Source: Candidatus Enterousia sp.
GTDB lineage: Bacteria > Pseudomonadota > Alphaproteobacteria > Rs-D84
Length of the DNA: 64,000 nucleotides
Assembly (NCBI GenBank): GCA_045654485.1
Contig: JAZONN010000023.1
Location: 103,342 to 167,341, forward strand
Reading direction: 5' to 3'
Shown here: piece after piece, positions 26,877 to 36,700 of the stretch
Layout of the letters: every line of letters begins with the position of its first letter
How positions within the stretch are numbered: the stretch's first letter is position 1
Translations under genes and position numbers: made by a program
Notes under the pieces: generated by a model
The model's database searches: none
What the model was told of the DNA's origin: nothing
The model's input: only the letters and a program-made list of their open reading frames with translations

Positions 26877-28274
26877 TTGCAAAGATATATTGTTCTTTTT
26901 TTGATGTTATTTGTGTATGGTGGGGCGCATGCATTGCCATCTATTGATGGTGCGGTGGTGCGAAGTGCGAAAAAAACTTTGTTAAAACGTACCGAGTTTC
27001 AAAAGACGGATACGGATTTGTCGTTTGCAGAAAATATGAAGGTTATGGCAGATGGCTATGAGGCGTACTATACGGAATACGATGCGTCTGGGCGGTGTGT
27101 TAAAAACTGCACATATCCGGGGATAACGTTGAGCCAAGAACGTGAATTAAAACGTTTGGCCACAAATCTGTTTGCACGTGATTTGTGTGTTGGAAACGGG
27201 GAAAATGAAAGTACTTGTAATGCCAGATATTGTGGTGATTCTGGTTGTGATGTTGTTGCATATGCCAATCGGGTAAAGGATGAAGCGGATTCCACGGAGG
27301 GGAGTGCGGCACGGTCGGCGGTTGTGCCACGTGTGGCCAATGTTCGTCGGGAACGTTCGGGAAATGGGTATAAACCAATTGTTGTATGGCCGAACAATGT
27401 GTTTGAACAACAGGATAGTATGGATGCTGGTTCATTGGTATGGGATGATAGTGTTGTTATAGATTGGGAAACGGGGCCAGTTACTAGACGTATTTTGGCG
27501 AATGTATTGGATGCGCCGTTGGTGGTAATTAGTGCTGGTGGTGAACGTGTTGCCAATGGATCGGCGTATCATGCCGGTGTGGATTTTATGGCGGGGTACA
27601 AGCAAAAGATTTATGCGCCACGTGACGGTGTTGTGCGTCATTATTTGCCAAAACATGGTGCGGCTGGAAATACATTGATGTTGTTTCATGCATTTAGGGG
27701 CGGAAATGAAATGCAACATGCCGGTAGTGCAGATCCAGATTATAAAGGGGCGACATATCATTACTTTACAAGATATATGCATTTGTCAGGTGTGGCAACT
27801 GGGGTTACTACTAAGGGTCAAACGGTGACACAGGGGCAGGTTATTGCGTATGTAGGGAATACGGGTGGTAGGTATGGTATGCATTTGCATTACGAGTTTG
27901 GGGTCTATATTGATTTTCCAAATGTATCGGATTCAGGTGATATGAAAATAAGTATCGATTTGTTGGGTACGGATACAAATTGGGCGGTTTTAAATGATAA
28001 ATATAAATACAAAAATACCAAGTATTCAGATGCCGCCGATGTATTCAAAAATTATAATATGTTGGGTGGGGTGTATTGGATGCGGTATTCTGCATCTAAT
28101 AAAAGTAAATCTATTTCAAATCCATTGTTCCAAAAGTGTGTTGATTTGAATAAATCGAATTTAAAAAAAATGGCAAAGTGTATGGCAACATATTTTGTGG
28201 GGTGTCAAGGTATATTGAATTGTGTGGATTATAATTGTACTAAAACGCAAGAGATAGATGCGTATGCAAAATAG
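26877..28274 (+). CDS. secreted M23 (LytM-type) metallopeptidase, paralogue 1
   Basis: 465 aa with TTG start. Leader ...GGAHA/LPSIDGAVVRSAKK. M23 motifs YHAGVDF, YMHLS and GNTGGRYGMHLHYEF. Confidence 0.8.
   Translation: MQRYIVLFLMLFVYGGAHALPSIDGAVVRSAKKTLLKRTEFQKTDTDLSFAENMKVMADGYEAYYTEYDASGRCVKNCTYPGITLSQERELKRLATNLFARDLCVGNGENESTCNARYCGDSGCDVVAYANRVKDEADSTEGSAARSAVVPRVANVRRERSGNGYKPIVVWPNNVFEQQDSMDAGSLVWDDSVVIDWETGPVTRRILANVLDAPLVVISAGGERVANGSAYHAGVDFMAGYKQKIYAPRDGVVRHYLPKHGAAGNTLMLFHAFRGGNEMQHAGSADPDYKGATYHYFTRYMHLSGVATGVTTKGQTVTQGQVIAYVGNTGGRYGMHLHYEFGVYIDFPNVSDSGDMKISIDLLGTDTNWAVLNDKYKYKNTKYSDAADVFKNYNMLGGVYWMRYSASNKSKSISNPLFQKCVDLNKSNLKKMAKCMATYFVGCQGILNCVDYNCTKTQEIDAYAK
26911..26976 (+). 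repeat. 66-nt near-identical tract shared with 28301..28366 (2 mismatches)
   Basis: TTGTGTATGGTGGGGCGCATGCATTGCCATCTATTGATGGTGCGGTGGTGCGAAGTGCGAAAAAAA, versus the same sequence with A>G at two positions. Confidence 0.9.
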
Positions 28275-29418
28275 GATTATGTTATTTTTTATGGTGTTGT
28301 TTGTGTGTGGTGGGGCGCATGCATTGCCGTCTATTGATGGTGCGGTGGTGCGAAGTGCGAAAAAAAGTTTGCTAAAGCCCGCAACATTCGCCAAGACGTA
28401 TAATGATTTATCGGCCGCAGACCATTTGGCAATTATGGCCGAAGGGTATTTGCCATATGAATCTGTTTATGATGCGTCGGGGCGTTGTATTGAAAATTGT
28501 GCATATCCGGGAATTACTTTGAAGCAGGAAGTTGAACGAACGCAACAGGCGACCCAGCAATTGGCATATGATTTATGTCGTGAAAATGGCGGTACAGAGG
28601 ACCAATGTCGTAATGGCGGTACAGATGCGGAGCGTGATGGCAAAGCGTCATCGGGTGATGGGGGGGCTGTCGTTCGGCGCAATGATGCTGGTGCTGGTCG
28701 TGGTCAGAATAATTTTGGTTGTCCTATACAAACGTCGGATGATTTGCGCTTATCTTCTATCCCGGGGGAACGTACAAAAACAGACCAACAGAGTAAATAT
28801 CATGCAGGGGTTGATATGGCGGTAGGCGCGGGAACGCCTGTGTATGCAAGTTATGGTGGGGTGGTGAAGTGGGCGGGGCCAGGGACGTATCATGGTGGTG
28901 CGGGGTGTTATGTAGAGATTAAACATACTATTAACAATAATTACTATTATACTAGGTATTTACATTTAAACGGGACCCAAGAGTCGGGGGAGGCGGCAAC
29001 GGATTGTGATATACGGGTGAGTGTTGGTGACACTGTTACAAAAGGGCAGCTAATCGCCAATTCTGGTGATACGGGTAAAGGGACGGGTCCCCATTTGCAT
29101 TATGATATGTATACGTATGATAATGATAATCGAAAAATGCATATTGATTTAGTGGGGTCGTATCAGGATTGGGATTCGGTTAATAGTGCAAAGGGGGGCG
29201 ATTGGTATTATGGTAACGCAATGGGCAGACAAAATTGGTTGGGGCGGACGTATTTAGTAGCGCAAGACAATAGTAATGAGATGATAAAAAATTGCAGGGA
29301 AAATCCTGTGGACTATACGTTCGCTAGGTCTGATGATGAAATGTTGGGTGTACGGTGTACTAATGATGTTTGTTGGTGTATTGTGAAAAATTTGACGGGT
29401 TGTATAGGTGTTTATTAA
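28258..29418 (+). CDS. secreted M23 metallopeptidase, paralogue 2
   Basis: 386 aa with the same leader ...GGAHA/LPSIDGAVVRSAKK. M23 motifs YHAGVDM, YLHLNG and GDTGKGTGPHLHYDMY. The start is ambiguous (28258, 28264 or 28279). Overlaps the previous gene. Confidence 0.8.
   Translation: MRMQNRIMLFFMVLFVCGGAHALPSIDGAVVRSAKKSLLKPATFAKTYNDLSAADHLAIMAEGYLPYESVYDASGRCIENCAYPGITLKQEVERTQQATQQLAYDLCRENGGTEDQCRNGGTDAERDGKASSGDGGAVVRRNDAGAGRGQNNFGCPIQTSDDLRLSSIPGERTKTDQQSKYHAGVDMAVGAGTPVYASYGGVVKWAGPGTYHGGAGCYVEIKHTINNNYYYTRYLHLNGTQESGEAATDCDIRVSVGDTVTKGQLIANSGDTGKGTGPHLHYDMYTYDNDNRKMHIDLVGSYQDWDSVNSAKGGDWYYGNAMGRQNWLGRTYLVAQDNSNEMIKNCRENPVDYTFARSDDEMLGVRCTNDVCWCIVKNLTGCIGVY
28301..28366 (+). repeat. second copy of the 66-nt leader tract
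   Basis: See 26911..26976. Confidence 0.9.
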
Positions 29419-29419
29419 A

Positions 29420-29626
29420 ATGTGCAGGTTCGTTAAATCTTTTTTGTGTTGTTTTTGTGTGATGGTGCCATGTGTGGCAAATGCTTTGCCACCGGTGGAT
29501 GGTGCGGTGGTTAGTATTGTAAGGGGTGATCCGGATTGTCCGCAAAATTGTGAATCACAATGGCGTAAATTTTATCCGGCGATAAAGCCAAATGATTTCA
29601 TGACATATTATGAAAATAGACGGTAA
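29420..29626 (+). CDS. short secreted protein carrying only the family leader (ANA/LPPVDGAVV) plus a Cys-containing tail
   Basis: ORF 29408..29626. ATG 29420 follows the upstream stop (29416-18). 68 aa. Confidence 0.4.
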   Translation: MCRFVKSFLCCFCVMVPCVANALPPVDGAVVSIVRGDPDCPQNCESQWRKFYPAIKPNDFMTYYENRR

Positions 29627-29627
29627 A

Positions 29628-29999
29628 TTAATCTGAATTCTGGCGTTTGAATTTGACCGAAAAACTGCCGTTATTTATTGGGGAAAATGATACTATGTAT
29701 GGGGCCAATATGCTGTTGGTGGCCCATTGGGGGAATTTTTGTTTTAATATGCCGCTGGCACCCGTTATGATGGTGGCGGTGCGGTTGCCCGATGTTGCCA
29801 ATTCCATTATTGCGTGCCACGCTTGTTCTTCGGTTAATTGATGTAAATCCAATATGGCGTGCTTTGGTGTTGGTGTTTGGATTGGTATGCGGGTTGATAA
29901 ATGTAATTCGCGACGAACCGAACGGCGGGTTGCGTCATCAGATGCGATAAATTCCGCGCCAATCATATTTTCAATATCTGTGTCTGTTAAATGCTTCAT
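29628..29999 (-). CDS. Smr-domain protein
   Basis: 123 aa. ...LDLHQLTEEQAWHAI...TATIITGASG...FSPINNGSFSVKF fits the Smr/MutS2 C-terminal domain pattern. Confidence 0.7.
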   Translation of the reverse strand: MKHLTDTDIENMIGAEFIASDDATRRSVRRELHLSTRIPIQTPTPKHAILDLHQLTEEQAWHAIMELATSGNRTATIITGASGILKQKFPQWATNSILAPYIVSFSPINNGSFSVKFKRQNSD

Positions 30000-30775
30000 T
30001 TGTGTGCCCGAATAAATACCAATACGCGTTCAATGCCCGACAGATCATTTTCACTGCGTAATAAATCCCAACCGTTTTGTATGAATATGTTTTTTATATC
30101 TATCCCTTGGTCAATACCGATTTCCAAGTACAATTTGCCGCCATCTTTTAACCAACTGTGTGCGTTCTTTGCAATTGATTCATATGCCGCCAATCCGTTG
30201 TTTTTTGCGTATAATGCCATTTTTGGGTCGTGCAGGGCGGCGTCATTTATGTTTGGGTCGTTTTTTGCAATGTATGGTGGGTTTGATACGATTATATCAA
30301 ATGTTTCAGATATGTTGCGTTCATGTTCAAATGATGCGTGTTTTGTTCGTATTCTATCGGCCAGCCCCAATGCATGAATGTTTCGGCGGGCGACACGTAG
30401 GGCGGGGCGGGATTTGTCAATTGCCGTGCCGTGTGCGTTTTTGATGTTTTTTACCAATGCGCAAATTATGCATCCGGTTCCCGTTCCCAAATCTAATATT
30501 TTTATGGGTGTGTCGTCCATTTTGTCGGATATGACGGCCGAAACCAATGTTTCTGTGTCTGGGCGTGGATCCAATGTATGGCGGTTGGTGTAAAATTTTA
30601 ATCCATAAAACCATTTTTCGTGAATAATTTTGGCAACCGGCATACCACAGCGCAATTTGTGCGCGATTATCATAGTGCGGATTTTAGACAGTTTTTTGTA
30701 TTTGTCTGTTATTATACGGGCGGCACGAATGCCACCGGCTCGCTGTAAAATTGTGAATGCTTGATTTATTTCCAT
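29996..30775 (-). CDS. prmC: release-factor glutamine N5-methyltransferase
   Basis: ORF 29996..30904, started at ATG 30775 (MEINQAF...). SAM motif ILDLGTGTGCI and catalytic IVSNPPY. 4-nt overlap with the Smr gene. Confidence 0.85.
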   Translation of the reverse strand: MEINQAFTILQRAGGIRAARIITDKYKKLSKIRTMIIAHKLRCGMPVAKIIHEKWFYGLKFYTNRHTLDPRPDTETLVSAVISDKMDDTPIKILDLGTGTGCIICALVKNIKNAHGTAIDKSRPALRVARRNIHALGLADRIRTKHASFEHERNISETFDIIVSNPPYIAKNDPNINDAALHDPKMALYAKNNGLAAYESIAKNAHSWLKDGGKLYLEIGIDQGIDIKNIFIQNGWDLLRSENDLSGIERVLVFIRAHK

Positions 30776-30796
30776 AAAAGCATTATAATCGGTGTT

Positions 30797-32050
30797 ATGG
30801 AAAAAGCAAAAAATATTATGAATGCAAACAATTTGACACGCATGGTTTGGGCATTGGCGGCATTGCTGATGGCGATTGCGATTGTTTTGGTTGTAACTAA
30901 ACATACCCCGTCGGGTAATCGTGCGGTTAATGAATGTGTTTCTGTTGTGGCGGTGGAATCGGGTGATACACTGTCCAAATTATTGTTAGAGCAGGGATTA
31001 AGTCATAGTGACGTTAATGTTATTGCCAAAGTGTTAAAAAGTGATGCAGATATCGCAACACTACGTGCAAACCGTGATAGATTGGAATTTGTGCGTGCGC
31101 ATGATGAAGCGCCTGTGTCAAAGATTGTTGTCGTTCCGTCCCCTTGGCGTCAGGTTGAATTAACTTGTGATGCGGATGGTATGTGGAATTGTAAAACCGT
31201 TGATATAGAACGTGATACACGTGCCGTTTATCGTAGTGGTGAAATTTTGGACGGTGACAGTTTTTATTTGGCCGGTCAGCGTGCGGGTGTTCCGGCGGGC
31301 ATCTTGGTGGATGTGTATGATTTGTTGGCGTTTGAAATGGACTTTGAACGCGACGTGCGTGCCGGACAAAAATTCTGGGTCGTGTATGAAGAGAACTTTT
31401 CCGAAGGTAAAAAAATCGATAACGGACGGGTTTTGGCCGTGTCGTTTGAAGCATTGCGTGGTGAAGTGCAAATGTATAGATTTAGAAAGACCGACGGCAC
31501 AACCGGTTATTATGATGCCGAAGGTAATGGTGCAATTAAATCTTTGAAACGTACCCCAATTAATAATGCCAAAGTGACCAGCAGTTTTTCAAAGAAACGC
31601 AAACATCCTGTCTTGGGATTTACCCGTGCGCACAAAGGGGTGGATTTCCGTGCGTCAACCGGAACGCCAATTCCCGCCGCCGGTGCCGGTCGTGTTGTGG
31701 CACGTGCATATAATCGTGGATACGGGAATTATGTAAAAATTCGTCATAATGGTTCGTACGAAACGCTGTATGCGCATATGTCAAAGTTTGCCAAGGGGGT
31801 AAATGTTGGTACAACCGTGCGTCAGGGACAGACCGTTGGATATGTTGGTTCGACGGGGTATTCAACCGGACCACATTTGCATTATGAAATTATCAAAGAC
31901 GGGGTACATGTAAATCCAATGACTGTTAAGCTGCCTGCAATTAGTAATTTGGGTAAAGAAGATAAGAAAAAGTTTGTTGAATATCGTAAAAAATTGGATG
32001 AAGGTATCGAACAATTGAAAAAGAATCCCGAATTGTTTATTCAATTATAA
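30797..32050 (+). CDS. membrane-anchored M23 murein endopeptidase (MepM-like)
   Basis: ORF from TTG 30761; ATG 30797 preferred. N-terminal TM. Motifs HKGVDFRA, LYAHMSKF and GSTGYSTGPHLHYEI. Confidence 0.85.
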   Translation: MEKAKNIMNANNLTRMVWALAALLMAIAIVLVVTKHTPSGNRAVNECVSVVAVESGDTLSKLLLEQGLSHSDVNVIAKVLKSDADIATLRANRDRLEFVRAHDEAPVSKIVVVPSPWRQVELTCDADGMWNCKTVDIERDTRAVYRSGEILDGDSFYLAGQRAGVPAGILVDVYDLLAFEMDFERDVRAGQKFWVVYEENFSEGKKIDNGRVLAVSFEALRGEVQMYRFRKTDGTTGYYDAEGNGAIKSLKRTPINNAKVTSSFSKKRKHPVLGFTRAHKGVDFRASTGTPIPAAGAGRVVARAYNRGYGNYVKIRHNGSYETLYAHMSKFAKGVNVGTTVRQGQTVGYVGSTGYSTGPHLHYEIIKDGVHVNPMTVKLPAISNLGKEDKKKFVEYRKKLDEGIEQLKKNPELFIQL

Positions 32051-32054
32051 AAAT

Positions 32055-32092
32055 AAAAAAACCGCCCGTTTTGGCGGTTCTTTATTTTTTTG
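32055..32092. terminator. bidirectional intrinsic terminator
   Basis: AACCGCC-CGTTTT-GGCGGTT, with an A-run before and a T-run after. Confidence 0.7.
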
Positions 32093-32327
32093 TTGCACGA
32101 AATACAGACCATAGCCATGCGATAACTGACCAACCGAATATCCAACTTGCCAAACGGACGGCGTGCATTTGGGGTTTTCCATGCCCGTTTTGGCGTGAAA
32201 TCCATGCGGGGGCACATACAATGCCGATGATAATTAATATTCCGGCGATATATTTTAAGACCAATGCGCAATCGTGCCAATGTATTTGCATAAAAAATCG
32301 GTCAATTTCATAAATAATTCGGTTCAT
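32082..32327 (-). CDS. small membrane protein, superinfection-immunity (Imm)-like
   Basis: ORF 32082..32402, started at ATG 32327 because the upstream part overlaps the eno stop and terminator. ...APAWISRQNGHGKPQMHAVRLASWIFGWSVIAWLWSVF resembles the Imm_superinfect motif. Confidence 0.45.
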   Translation of the reverse strand: MNRIIYEIDRFFMQIHWHDCALVLKYIAGILIIIGIVCAPAWISRQNGHGKPQMHAVRLASWIFGWSVIAWLWSVFRATKK

Positions 32328-32344
32328 GTTCGTCTGCTGCTTGG

Positions 32345-32373
32345 TTAATAAAACAGGGGGCAAAAGCCCCCCC
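32345..32373 (-). terminator. intrinsic terminator after eno
   Basis: On the minus strand, GGGGGC-TTTT-GCCCCC followed by TGTTTTATT. Contains a C7/G7 run. Confidence 0.6.
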
Positions 32374-32391
32374 GTATTCATTCCGAATGAA

Positions 32392-33672
<1,281 letters not shown>

Positions 33673-33759
33673 TTACTGTGATAAAGAATTTCGTCTTGCC
33701 TTAATGTGACGAAGTATGCCATAATATAAGCACAATTAGGATTGGATGAAAATAAAAAA

Positions 33760-36700
33760 ATGATAAAAAAATTAATTTCTTTTGCCTGTTGTCTTTTGCC
33801 AATGGGGGCGGGTGCCGCAGTTGTTGTTAATCCCGATGGTTCAAATGCGTTCGTTTCAACGACTCAAGATGCTTGGGTTAATGCCGGCGGTGCTAGTATA
33901 ACTATCAATTCGCCCCAGGTAATAAGTTTGGTGGCCGAAAATGGTTTTAATCTGTCCAATAATATGTATATTGGTGCCCAGAATGATCAAGGTTCACAAA
34001 ACGGTAATTTATATGTGCTTAACACGGTTGGTGGTGGAAATAATGCGTTTACCATTTCAAATGGTGGCACGGTGTCTGTTGGCGCAATGCTACAGGTTTT
34101 AGATGGTTGGACATTGGGATTACAGGGAGCGGGCAATAATGCGGCCTTTGATTTTGGTTCGATTGATAATGGTGGTAAAATTGTGGCGCAAAATGTTGCC
34201 GAATTTACATCAGGGTCGATTGAAAATAGTGGGCAGTTAGATTTGGATGTCGTTGGTAATGTGACAGCCGGTATGTTATCTGCAAATTCTGGTTCGTTTG
34301 ATATTAATGCGGGTGGCGATATTGAAATAGCGGGGGTTGTTAATTCGTCAAATTCTAATAATGCCATTGGTGCGACGGGTGGTGTTTTCTTTGGTAGTGA
34401 TGTACAAAGTAACGACGGGGTGTTGAATGTTGCAGCCGGTGGTGATGTTTCTGTTGGTGGTAATTTGTATCATTCTGGACAGAAGTTATCTATTGCGGGT
34501 GGTGCTTTTAACGTTGTTGGAACAATGAAAAACGATTTGCAAAATGGTGCAATTGTTTTGAATGTTAATTCGTTGGCTGTAAATGGCGGGACGGAATCAA
34601 CGTATTCTATGGTGAATAATGGTGATTTTTATGCTACGGTTTATGGTGATACTTATTTGGAATATGGTATGAATCTGACCGGTATGGGGAAAGACAACGA
34701 ATTTAGTTTGGATACCGGCACATTGACGTTTGGGGCCAATGCATCATCAGATACTTGGTTTTCGGCATTTGCAAATAAATTAAATAATTTTAATTTGGCG
34801 GTTCGTGATGGTGATATCGCTTTGGGTAACTATGCGGCCGGTGTTTTGAATGGTGCGGATGGCAATGTAAATGCAAATATGCAGTTATTGGCACAAAATG
34901 TATATGTGACAAATGTTCGGAATAATGGCGGTTCTTTGATTATCAAAGCCGCAGATTTGGATGATGGATATGATGTTGTTGCACCGGCGATGGCGACAAT
35001 GGTTGGAAATATTGTTGTGGGTGACCAAGTGGTGGGTGCGGCCGGTTCGAATACACAATTGATTGCATCAAATGCATTAAATGTCCAAGGCGGGGTTGCG
35101 AACAGTGGGGCAATGACATTGAATTCTAATTCTGTTGAAATTGTGTCCGGTGTTTCGAACAGCGGTGTGGGCGCCGTGTTAAATATAACGTCGTTAACCG
35201 ATAAATCGGGTACAGTGATCATTGATGGAAATTTAACCAATACAGATGGTTTGGTAAATGTTAATGCCAAAAATGTCGGGATTGGTGGAACGTTGGTTAA
35301 TAGCAGCGGTACTGTGAATGTGACCGGATCTGATTTGGATGGTGGTTCGGTTTATTTTGGTGGTATTAATGCCAATGGTGGCGTTATTAATTTAGATGCG
35401 CTGGCTGGAAATGTTGCGGTTAATAGTGCAATTATTGTGTCGAATGGTGCATTAAATCTTGGTGGTGGTATTCGTAACCTTGATGTTGATGGGGCGGTTC
35501 AGATTGATGGTAATTTAACCGCTTCGGCAAATGCTGCCGTTGGTTCGGGTGATGTGAATATTGCGGCAACTGGTACCGTGCCATTTGTAATGAACAGTTC
35601 GGCGGTTGTTGTCAAAGGTGATGTTGATGTCACAGATGATGCCGTTGTGCGTAATGTTCAATTGGATTCGTCTTTGGTGTCGGTTGAAGGTAATGTGGAT
35701 GTTGCCAATAAAGGGTATTTGACATTGGGGGCGTCGGGGAATTCTGCGGTGGTCAATGTTGGGCAAAGTGTTAATGTTTCAAATTCTGGGACATTGGAAA
35801 ATTTTGCCAATAACTTTACGGCGGGAACGATTGGTGGTAATGGGTTAATCATTACACACGGTGAAAATATAACTGCAAATGCGGGCGATATTGATATTGC
35901 AGGTGGTTTGGTGGTCGATTCGGCGCGTGCCGATTTGCCAACAACAGGATTGATAACACGCGATACAAATACTGTGAATATTACAACCACAGCCGCAGGT
36001 GCAGATATAAAATTTGTAACTGTGGACGTGGCATCGGGTAACACATTAAATTTTGACGCGGCAGATGCGTTAAATATAGCCGGAACGATTGTTAATTCGG
36101 GTAATTTAATGGCGGACGCCGGTGGGGTGATTGTTGGTGGTGCGTTGGATAATAAATCTGTGGCGGTGTTTGCAGGTCAAAATATCACGTTTGCGGGTGT
36201 GAATAATGTCGGCGATTTAGAATTGACGGCAACAGATGGTGATATCAATTTGTCAAATGTAACAACGTCTGGAGATTTGACGATTAATGGTAATGCGGGT
36301 GCTTTGATGTCGGCATATAACCAAACGGATGGCGTGACGGATATTAATGTCGATGCTGTTTCGGCACAAAGTTTTGTCGTAAATGGTGATGTGAACACCG
36401 TTGCCAACATTACGGCAAATACGATGACGGTTGATGGTAATGTGCGTGTGGCCGGTAATGTTTCCCAAGGTGGCGCAGATGCGATGCTTAATTTGTCAAT
36501 TGGTCAGTTAAATGCCAATAATTTAATGTTTGCCCAAAATTTTGATATTGTGACCGGCGATACCGATTATAATATTGGAACAAATGTTAGTGTTGATGGC
36601 AATATGAATGTTGCCGATACGGCGTCTGCATCGTTTGTCTTGGGTGGTGGATTTAGTGCGGCCGATGTAATAAATGCCGGTAATCTATACTTAAATGCGG

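Noticed and set aside
30776-30796. Divergent prmC and M23 starts only 21 bp apart, as a special regulatory arrangement
   Set aside because: Both start codons are ambiguous (prmC ORF extends to 30904; M23 alternatives at 30818 and 30842). The tight spacing may be an artefact of start choice.
33746-33762. Poly-A tract (33754-33760) near the autotransporter start as a phase-variation switch
   Set aside because: The in-frame ATG 33760 lies at the 3' edge of the tract. Length changes would only affect an upstream out-of-frame ATG, not the main ORF.
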